DNA of 64,000 bases from Atractiella rhizophila (Eukaryota). The notes beneath the pieces are model-generated. The model made no database searches and was not told where the DNA came from. It saw only the letters and a program-made list of their open reading frames with translations. The position numbers and the translations under genes were made by a program. How positions within the stretch are numbered: position 1 is the first letter of the stretch; each line of letters begins with the position of its first letter. Where the stretch lies: contig MU271377.1 of assembly GCA_021432655.1 (NCBI GenBank), positions 1 to 64,000 on the forward strand, read 5' to 3'. Shown one piece after another: positions 53,166 through 64,000 of the stretch.

Positions 53166-55660
53166 CTACCACCCTCCGGTGTCCTGAACTCCGCCGCTAC
53201 TTTCTCCAACATGGCTGGTAGAAGTTGGCATCCCCCAACCCCCATCATCCTTTGTAGTAGCAGCTGGCGTCCCCCAGCCTCCATCATCCTTTGTAGTAGC
53301 AGCTGGCATCCCCCAGCCTCCATCATCATTTGCGGTAGAGGAGCGCGTAGGCGCGCTGACAAAATTCAAAGATGTAGAAGGTCCCCAACCTCCACTGGAA
53401 GCCGAATCAGTAGTCTTGACCTGTGTAGCAGTCGTCGGACCCCAGCCGCCATCTGCTTGAGCATTTTGAACGCTGACGGATGTGCGCGACAACGATGAAG
53501 GTCCCCAGCTGGAGGACCCTGAATCCCGCGGAGCAGTATCCCCTCCCCCACCACCAGCGCTCCATCCAGTAGCGGACGTCGAACCAGAATTCTGTCGACT
53601 TGAAAAATCTCGACTCCAATAATCACGACCTCGACCTCGACCTCTACCCCGTCCTCCGGCACCTCCCTGGCTGTTGATGCGCGGTTGGACCCTTCGGATA
53701 CTGGAGGATAACGACGCACCTGAAATTGAACTGGAGTTGCCGACCATCTAGAGAAAGAGGACCATTTGCATGAGCCTCAAGAACAGCCTCGGCACTCTGA
53801 CGATCTCTAAATTCCAGGAAACCAAAGCCTTTGTGCTTCCCTGCAGACTCTATGAGCAATAACAACTCCTACCACGGACGACAGTTACACACCTGTTTCA
53901 CGGTCAAGGGGCATTCTAACAGACCTCAGCCCGCCAAATTTAGAGGAAATGAAAGTCTGAAGTAATTCCTCCGTTGCAGTGTAAGGCAGCGATTTGACAA
54001 AAAGCTCAGCGTGCTCATCACTCGAGCGTGATTGCAAATCTCCAACACCGCTGCCAGTGAATCCACTGTCTTGCCTCCGTCTCGGCGACTGATTGTCATT
54101 CCAGCAGGAGGTTGAGGGTTGAGCTCGATCTGACATTGCCACAGAGCCCCAAGTCTGGTCGTTGACCTTTTGACCAGTCGATAGCGCGGCAGAGGTGGAT
54201 GCCCATGAATTTGTGGAAACGGCGAGCTTCTCTTGCTGAAGGGTAATACCATCCGGTCGTTGTACCTCTGCTTGGCGTGGTTTTGAGACGATTGTAGGCA
54301 TCTCTTGCACATAACCCGGGAGAGCGCCAACAACCTCCAGCATGATGGATGACAGTCCGGGTTTGACGTCGTCCACAGCTTTGAGAATGGCCTCCAGCTG
54401 CCCCTTTAACTCCTTTATTTTTGTCCTGCAGCGCCTTCGAGATGAGTCTGCATTACCCAACGATATTCCAAGAAGTTTCTCCATCTGTCGTCGGGCCGCT
54501 TCCTCTACGATAATTAATCAGCTTTCGGAGCGGAAGGCACAGGACGAAACAAACCGTCTAAATAGATTGGTAATAACTTTTCAATTTCGCTTCGAACACT
54601 TCCTAAGCGGATAAGTAGATCCCTCTCTTCTCTACCCCACCGTTTAGCTTCACTTATGCAAGTTAACAATCAGTACACTTACACAGACGCAGGAAGCCAG
54701 CTCGTGGGATCGCGGTTAAAACTGGCCGCTGTCGTGATGCTGTGGTCTTCCATCACAACGTCGGCTGCAGGAGGAATGCTGTCTGCAACTGAGACTGATG
54801 AAGGAACCGCATTCATAGAGGTAGTGGACGCCTCCTTTAGTACACTTGGCTCGTGTCTCGAAAACGTACTCGTAGGAAAGGAGGTCGTCTGGGCCGTACT
54901 ACTCAAGCAGTTGGTCTCGAGCGAAGGTAAGAGGGAGTCTGCCCTAAAGGTTTTTGGAGCTTCAGAACCCCATGTTCTCGCATTAACCAGAGGTTCGCCA
55001 TTGGCTGCTGTAGTTCTGTTGGGAACAGACCTAATACCTGAGCCAGACTGTGAGTTCGACGGAGTACCCCACCCGCCAAAGTCATCATCAGGCTCAAGGT
55101 TCAAATTGGAAGAGGTGGTCGTCGCTGCTGCCCAAACCGTGCCAGTGTCGGAGCCTCCACAACCTGATCGAGCGGACACCGCCTGAGACGACGTCTTCTC
55201 TTCCCGAGGCTTTGGAGCTGTGGGATCGTCCATCTTGTTTGGGGATGATTCGGCAGTTGCTCCCCATCCATCAATTTGATCTCGAGACGGGGTAGAACTC
55301 CATGCCGTAGTTCGTAAAGTTTCATCGGAAGCGTCACCGGCTGGTTTGGGAGTGGAGTCCCAGGACCCTTGATCTCCCATTTTGGTCGTGCCCACAGTCC
55401 CAATGTTGTTCTCGGCTCCGGTAGATTTATGTTCCTTGCTAAGGAGCTGGGCAAGCAGAGTTAGTGCATTTTGAGACGAGGAGCAGGCGTACTTCTGTTT
55501 CAATGGCGCTGTCGGGCGTCAAAACCATCGCACCGTCGGATCCTCCTTGTGATCCCTCGTTGCCCTGTATATGCAATCGGAGCCCGTTCGTAACTTCCCC
55601 TTCTTCCAATTGGTCTTCTTCTAATTCGTCTTCTTCCAATTCGTCTCCTTCCACCAAAAG
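53166..55660 (-). CDS. RRM protein with an RG tract and many GW/WG motifs (start uncertain); multi-exon
   Basis: RNP2 LFVKSL, RNP1 KGFGFLEF, GRGRGRGRGR, repeated GGWG. Confidence 0.75.
53228..53330 (-). repeat. 39-bp coding tandem repeat, about 2.6 copies (DDGGWG[M/T]PAATTK)
   Basis: gc(a/g)tccccca(a/g)cc(c/t)ccatcatcctttgtagtagcagctg repeated on the + strand. Confidence 0.85.
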
Positions 55661-56685
55661 AAATCTAGTCAAGCGACGGCATTAGTCTATCGTACATGGA
55701 ACAAAATCGAGCGCTCTAACAGAAAACAAAAAGAAACTGAGTGAAGTAAATAGTGGGTTCCAAGGTGTCCCATCATTGCTTAAAGGTCTCATGGTGCAGG
55801 GAATCAAGGGAGCTCCTGCTATTGTCTTGGACAGGCAACTGTGCTCAATCGCGTAAGCATTGCATTTAATATGAAAGCCTGCGATGTAACGGATGTCACT
55901 CGTTGAAACCATGGTTGTACACGGACAATTTGACAGCACATCTTTGCGCCCGCATTATCGAAAATATGTTCTTAACAAGAGAGGGAGGAAAGCAGACAAC
56001 GGATGCGCATATATTAATAATCTCGGATGACTATAATAAAGAAACCTGTCGAAGATCAGCGCGGCTGGATCAGGCGAACGTACAAATTTCCCCTTTATCA
56101 ATGCGAGATCTGACAGTTACCAGTTCAGGTACCCATTTGTACTTTATATTTTGAACATCAAAAGGCGCGCGAGAGAGATGGAGTGGACAACATATTGCGT
56201 TGCAGCTCTTGAGAACTGTTGTAAGCATTGCATTGTTCGTGGAATTGATCTCACAACAGTGTCCGAATGTGTCAATTCAAGGTTCAAAAGAGTGCACGAC
56301 AGAATACTGTAAAGAGCCAGCTCAGTAGACTGTTTCCAATATATAAAGACTCAAGGAAGTAAAGTATCACCCCACACATTCTCCTAAGTTGACTCTCTGA
56401 AGACCCAGATACATTCTTGTGTAGCAACTCTCAAGTGCATGGCATCCTTCCACGCAATTACATACCCCCAAGAAGCATTGAAACACTCACTCCTGTTCCT
56501 TCCTCACTTCACTGGACCCTGGTTCAACTGCGTTTTCCGCTGCTTCCATATCATTCAACTTCATAAATCTAAGCGTTCAAGTAGGTCCATTCAACTTGCC
56601 CTATAATTCGAGTTTATTGCATTTATTTGCCAAAGAAGGCCAAATCGCGTCAGTCGCGTTGTCCAAGTTGTTCCATGTCGCTTAA

Positions 56686-58817
<2,132 letters not shown>

Positions 58818-59118
58818 ACTTATGACCTGTTGCTATATAATAGAATGAATGTAGAATTTTCCGCCTGTTGTGCGCCAATATCTATTTGACATCAAAACGT
58901 GCTCTACAGCTTCGACCTCAGGTGCAAACAAAAAATGGTAACAAGGGTGTTCATGTCAAGGCTAACTTGGCGCAGCAACTGTCAACAAGGTCAACAATAG
59001 AATGGCTCAACAATACCATATCTGTCCGGTTTACCGCAACAAAATGGTGAAACAAATACTTATCAACCGTTCTCAAGCATCCCTCCATTCTTTTCTTCCT
59101 TAGAGTCACCAAACGCAA

Positions 59119-60612
59119 ATGCCACCAAAGAAAAAAGCGCCTTCAACGCGGAGTCAGAGTGCTTCAAGGGGGAGGAAGCGAGGCAAATTGGTATTCGCCT
59201 TTTCCTTTCCGAGAAAGTTTACTGAACCTGTAACAAAGCGAGCCGCACCACAGTGTCGTCCAACGGTCGAAACAAGTCCCTTTTCCCAGCTTCCGGTCGA
59301 GATAATCGGGCAAATTCTATCCTACCTCCACCAGCATTGCTGCCCGAAAATCTTCTCTGCTTTTAGTCTAATATGTCGATCATGGCAAAAACCTGTACAG
59401 CGATTCCTATTTCGACACCTCACTGTTCGCGATATGCAACACGCGGAGCAATGGGTATCCAGGCTCAACAGCTCACCTAAGCGACTCTATGTCCTTGGCC
59501 TGACTTTTTCACGCCTTAACGGATCGAGACACTCTCGCCCACACCTCGAAAGGCTGTTTAATACGTTCCCAAATATCGTGCATGTGGGATTTGAGCAAAG
59601 CACTCCTTCAAAAATATTTTGCGATCGGCTTAGAGCCACGCTCGAAATCATGGTCGAGAAGAAGCTCCGAGTCAGGAGCATAATGCTGTCGAACTTCTTT
59701 CTTTTTCGACTAGATCTGGAAGAAGTTTTAGGGAGTTTTGAGCACCTTGAGGAGCTTCAAATCAGGAATCTAGCACTAGGAGACGTATGGAAGCAAAAGC
59801 GCTGGCTGTACCTTCCCATCGCGTCCGAAACATCACGAGAGCTTTACGATTTCCTTCCCAACTCTCCTCTACTGTCCAAGATACGAAGTCTCCACCTTTC
59901 AGGGGATCTACTAATCAGCTACCTCCCCTATCAATTCTCTTCCATTGGTCGAGATCTCACGCATCTCAGTCTCGTGCTGAACGAAACTTCTCCTCTACTC
60001 CAAATCGGTCTCCATAACCTCGCTTCCACCTTCCGAACACTGACTCATTTCCATTTGAGCCTTTACGAGGAGCTTCATGACCCTGAAGATGGATATCGGC
60101 TGATGAACGAAAGGAAGATCGCGACACTGATGGATGGGTTGGAGACTTGCTGGAAAGAAGCAAGAACGTTGCAGATGTTCTCCTTCGCCTCCTACCACAT
60201 CGATCTAGACATGATATTGAATCTACCCGCATCTGTTCAAGTGGTAGAATTGCATCCTTGGGACGGCCTCCCTCATGGCCTCTTTACGAAACGGTACATG
60301 CGAATTACAGACCTGTCGAACCCGCCAAATCCAACAGTGTACACTATAATCGTGGAGGATTACTTGGAGGTCCTAAAAAAAAGAGAAAGATCCTTCGAAG
60401 GTCTGAAGAAGCTCCGTATTTCTCATGAAATTATCAAAGTGGAACAAGATTCAGGCACACCGGGTCACGTTACTGATGAAGATGAAGCTATAACAAGGAT
60501 CACCGGATGGTGTGATGATAACGGGATAGAGCTTGAAGTCCACCCGTTGGAGAGAGAATTGAGGTCACTGAGAACAGAGGTCCCTTTCGGTTTGTTCGAT
60601 ACAATTCGGTAG
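59119..60612 (+). CDS. F-box protein with LRR-like C-terminus
   Basis: FSQLPVEIIGQILSYL...FSLICRSWQKPVQRFLFRHL. Confidence 0.75.
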   Translation: MPPKKKAPSTRSQSASRGRKRGKLVFAFSFPRKFTEPVTKRAAPQCRPTVETSPFSQLPVEIIGQILSYLHQHCCPKIFSAFSLICRSWQKPVQRFLFRHLTVRDMQHAEQWVSRLNSSPKRLYVLGLTFSRLNGSRHSRPHLERLFNTFPNIVHVGFEQSTPSKIFCDRLRATLEIMVEKKLRVRSIMLSNFFLFRLDLEEVLGSFEHLEELQIRNLALGDVWKQKRWLYLPIASETSRELYDFLPNSPLLSKIRSLHLSGDLLISYLPYQFSSIGRDLTHLSLVLNETSPLLQIGLHNLASTFRTLTHFHLSLYEELHDPEDGYRLMNERKIATLMDGLETCWKEARTLQMFSFASYHIDLDMILNLPASVQVVELHPWDGLPHGLFTKRYMRITDLSNPPNPTVYTIIVEDYLEVLKKRERSFEGLKKLRISHEIIKVEQDSGTPGHVTDEDEAITRITGWCDDNGIELEVHPLERELRSLRTEVPFGLFDTIR

Positions 60613-61304
60613 ATATTGGTTCTTATCAATTCGTTGTGCCATTCTATTCTTAAGGGTGGGAAAGAAAAGGTTAGACAATCTTCCTAGTATACCTTGGAGT
60701 AATACAAAAGTGCTTGGAAGGTTACCAAGTGGTGCGCATTTGCATGACTGGAAACCCAGAAAGGAATCGCGGGAACACCAAATAGATCGACACAACGAGG
60801 AACGTCGTTCCAATCTGGCAATCTACAAACGGGATAAGAGGAAGTGAAATGGCCCCAAGCAAGAAAGCAGCACAAAGAGAATGATCTGACTAGGATCTGA
60901 CTGTTTCATACGAGTTACGAGTAAGAATAACGTACGTGCCGATCCAACCACCTTCGTGATTAGCTTCCAACCTCACCCTCCCACACCTCTGCGTAATGTG
61001 TCTCTTCCTATCGCAGCGCATCGCGGTGAGGATGGTGAGCCAGATTGCTCCGAAATAACGTTTTGGCTGGTCTACATTGCTCTAACTTTGCATTTGTTTT
61101 GCATGATGCTTTGCTACTTTGCGGTTTGGGCTCATGGTGAGTCATTGTAATGCTGATCCTGCCGATCTCAGTCAAAGTCGATCAGAATCAGCCAATAAAT
61201 ATCAGACTCGATTCCTCCATCTTAGAGAAGCTTCTTCCCTAGGGTGCGTGAACATTCCTGAACTTGAGGTTTAAGAGTTCAAAGTATTTATCGGAAGCCA
61301 CGAG

Positions 61305-63233
61305 ATGGAAACCGCCCGTGCCGCCAAGCAAGCATTCTTGAGCACCAATGGACTGAGCAATGAAGAGCGAGTGAGTGCGTTGGGGAACATGAGGGCTGTC
61401 CTAGAAAAGGCAAAGGACGAGGTGTTACAGGCTAACGCGAAAGACTTAGAGGTATGTCTGTACGTGTATTGTTGAAAGTGGAAGAGTGAGAAGGAAAGCT
61501 CAAACTACCGTCGCAAGTGCCTTCAGAGGTCTGCGTTAGTTAATTGCAGCTCACTACGTAAGGAAGTGGACCTTTTTGTTATGGTTGTCCTTGAAAGGAA
61601 GGCAAAATATCAGGTTGTAACTCATTTCCGCATTACGAGACAATGTATGGATTATGTCAATTGATTGGATTGAGCACCTCAATCCTTCATGCCACGAACA
61701 ACGCACCACACGTATCTTCAATAGATTTGCAGTTGTGCTCAGAAACACTCACTGTGATTGGGTTTTCGTAGGCTGCGAAGGGGCTAGTGGATTCAGGCAA
61801 GATGTCAAGCGCAATGCTCAAACGGCTTGACCTCCAATCCAAACCAGACAAATATGATTCTATGCTCCAAGGAATCACTGATGTGGGTACGTTATTGCCA
61901 TCCCCTTTCACTATCGCTGAGGTTATGTCTGGTAGCCAACCTCCCTGATCCGCTTGGACAAGTCACGTATGCAAGCAAGCTGGACGAGGGATTGAACCTA
62001 TATCGAGCCAGCTGCCCAATTGGCGTAATTCTATGCATATTTGAATCGCGGCCAGAGGTAATGGTCAACATTGCTTCCCTCGCCATCAAATCTGGTACGA
62101 TCCTGCTCACACGGGCACAGGAATGGGGGCTGACAATATATCAGGAAATGCTGCTATTTTGAAAGGAGGAAAAGAATCCATTCATACTCAAACCGTTGTT
62201 TCGCGTCTGATCCAAGAAGCTCTCTCCAATACTTCTATCCCCCGTACCTACATTCAAGCCGTTTCGACGCGGGAAGAGATATCTTCACTCCTGGATCAAG
62301 ATGAATATATTGACCTCGTCATTCCACGAGGGAGTGGCGAACTCGTCAAACATATTCAGAATAACACCAAGATCCCGGTGATGGGTCATGCTGATGGATT
62401 GTGCCATGTGTTCCTGGATGAAAGCGCGGATGAGACGAAGGCAATCAGAGTCACAGTTGATTCCAAGGTGCGTTTATCACATTAACTGTTAACTGAAGTG
62501 AGATCTGAAGGGATGCAAAGGCTGGCTCTCCAGCAACATGCAATGCGGCTGAGACGCTTCTTCTGCATTCATCTTTGCTTGGAACACTGTGGCCGAAGGT
62601 CGCGAGCGCACTCACGTCCGCAGGCGTCAAACTACTATGCGATCCACCCTCCCTCTCCGCCATCGCCTCGTCATCTGTACCTCCGGAACTACTCGCAGCG
62701 TCGAGCTACCCAACAACTTACACGATTGAACACTTGTCCCTCACACTCTCCGTCCTCACCGTTTCCAACGTTCAAGAGGCAATAAAGCATATCAACGCCT
62801 TCGGTTCCGGACACACCGACTCAATTGTGACTGAAGATGAGGATAGTGTTAAAGCCTTCACGAAAGGCGTCGACAGCGCTGGCGTCTTCGTCAACGCAAG
62901 CACTTGGTTTGCAGACGGTTTCAGGTTCGTTTTACCCCTCCCCCTTTAAAATTTAGCTAAGGTGACCCTGATTGAAAGATATGGGTTTGGGACGGAAGTC
63001 GGAATCGCGACGGGAAAGACTCACGCACGTGGACCAGTGGGATTGGAAGGAGTGCGTCTTGGTTTCGTTTTTTGTGGACCTAACTAATCCATGTTCCTCT
63101 ACAGTTGGTAATATATCGTTACCTGTTGCGGAGCATGGCAAAAGAAGGGCACGTCGTCTCTGAATTTGGGATAGGCGAAGGGAAGAAAACGTATTTGCAT
63201 CAAAAGATTCAGACGGATCGAGTACCATTCTAG
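61305..63233 (+). CDS. PRO2: Gamma-glutamyl phosphate reductase (divergent); multi-exon with a 320-nt intron
   Basis: [89 protein letters not shown]. Confidence 0.93.
61517..61703 (+). ncRNA. Candidate intronic box H/ACA snoRNA guiding LSU pseudouridine (yeast Psi2314/snR86 site)
   Basis: H-box-like AAAATA (61604) and AGACAA (61638); 8-bp stem GGATTGAG/CTCAATCC flanked by TTGATT and TTCATGC, complementary to rRNA GCAUGAA-UG-GAUUAA; ACA at 61698. Confidence 0.6.
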
Positions 63234-64000
63234 TCTGCAGAATTGATGGAGTAGTCATTGCCCGATAATGTTATATATCCAAGTCACTGTGAAACAGACT
63301 GGAACAAGGTATTGTTTGACGAACTTGGCTGCATCTTTACTCCAATGCCAAGTACCTTCGTCATTCGCTCTTTTCGTCGTTTGTCGGAGCAGCGAACTTG
63401 GATAGATTGCAAGAGCTGGGGAATGTGAAGGGATGTCGGAGTTCTCCTTGTGTTTACCACGAAAATGGATCAGGACACGGGATGTGGATACATCTTTCTT
63501 CATGACCAGATCGAGCGCAGCGAACATGAAGGCAGTTGCAGAGAAGATCATCGGGAATCGTATCTGACTTCCTGTTCCTCTACGTTAGTTCTCCTGGGCT
63601 GCTGGGCATTTGCACGCAGCCTCAAGCTTCTGTCAACGTCGTGGCTTACAGTGAATTTTGTACTTGTAAGTAAAAGTCCCAAAGTCACGCTCTCCGTGAG
63701 ACCTTTTCCAGTTGAAGATTGATTGAGGCAACAGTCCATGGGGACTCAGGGTGACAAGGGGAGAGACGATGTTACGTAATCAGTGACTTGCTCCTCATTC
63801 ATATAAAAGCGATGTAGGCGCGACTGAACCTGTCCCACTTTCGGGTTGATTCCATATTCTTTTACCCTTTTTGCGCTGCACCAAAACGGGCGCAGCTTGA
63901 AAAAAGGAAACGCAATGCCACACCACGATCTTGCTTCCCACAACCTGGTCGCCCTGCCCTTCCACCCGGCTCTCATCGATGACACCGCGTTCGAACAGCT

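Noticed and set aside
53228..53330. CRISPR-like repeat
   Set aside because: Contiguous coding repeat with no spacers, in a eukaryotic gene.
63255..64000. Probable 3' end of a minus-strand gene at the window edge
   Set aside because: Exon-like fragments are present, but neither product nor structure can be supported.

Overview
Eukaryotic, gene-dense DNA with many short (about 45-65 nt) introns. Gene content and intron style point to a basidiomycete fungus (inference). Recognisable genes: NAD-dependent epimerase (3' part), TVP38/DedA-family protein, S1/P1 nuclease, Tse2-like ADP-ribosyltransferase, cytosolic HSP70, class II cAMP phosphodiesterase, RRT8/EI24-like protein, squalene epoxidase, DUF3292 protein, aldose 1-epimerase, zeta-crystallin quinone reductase, IWS1, a PKA-type kinase, MET8, PDH E1-alpha, RPL31, a GW-repeat/RRM protein, adenylosuccinate synthetase and gamma-glutamyl-phosphate reductase. 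There are also 7 F-box/LRR-like loci and a degenerate amidoligase-like sequence. Five head-to-tail near-identical duplications of 1.1-2.0 kb cut through genes; they most likely represent both haplotypes assembled in tandem. Main hidden signals: (1) a candidate intronic H/ACA snoRNA in PRO2 whose pocket matches the LSU rRNA site equivalent to yeast Psi2314; (2) a 481-nt highly structured ADE12 intron; (3) a 400-nt T-depleted, corrupted stretch inside the TVP38 gene; (4) a likely U2-type AT-AC intron and several microexons; (5) a Tse2-like toxin domain with a mitochondrial-presequence-like N-terminus. No tRNA, rRNA, CRISPR array or intact transposon was recognised. All family calls come from recalled motifs, not database searches, and I cannot establish a new biological system from the sequence alone.
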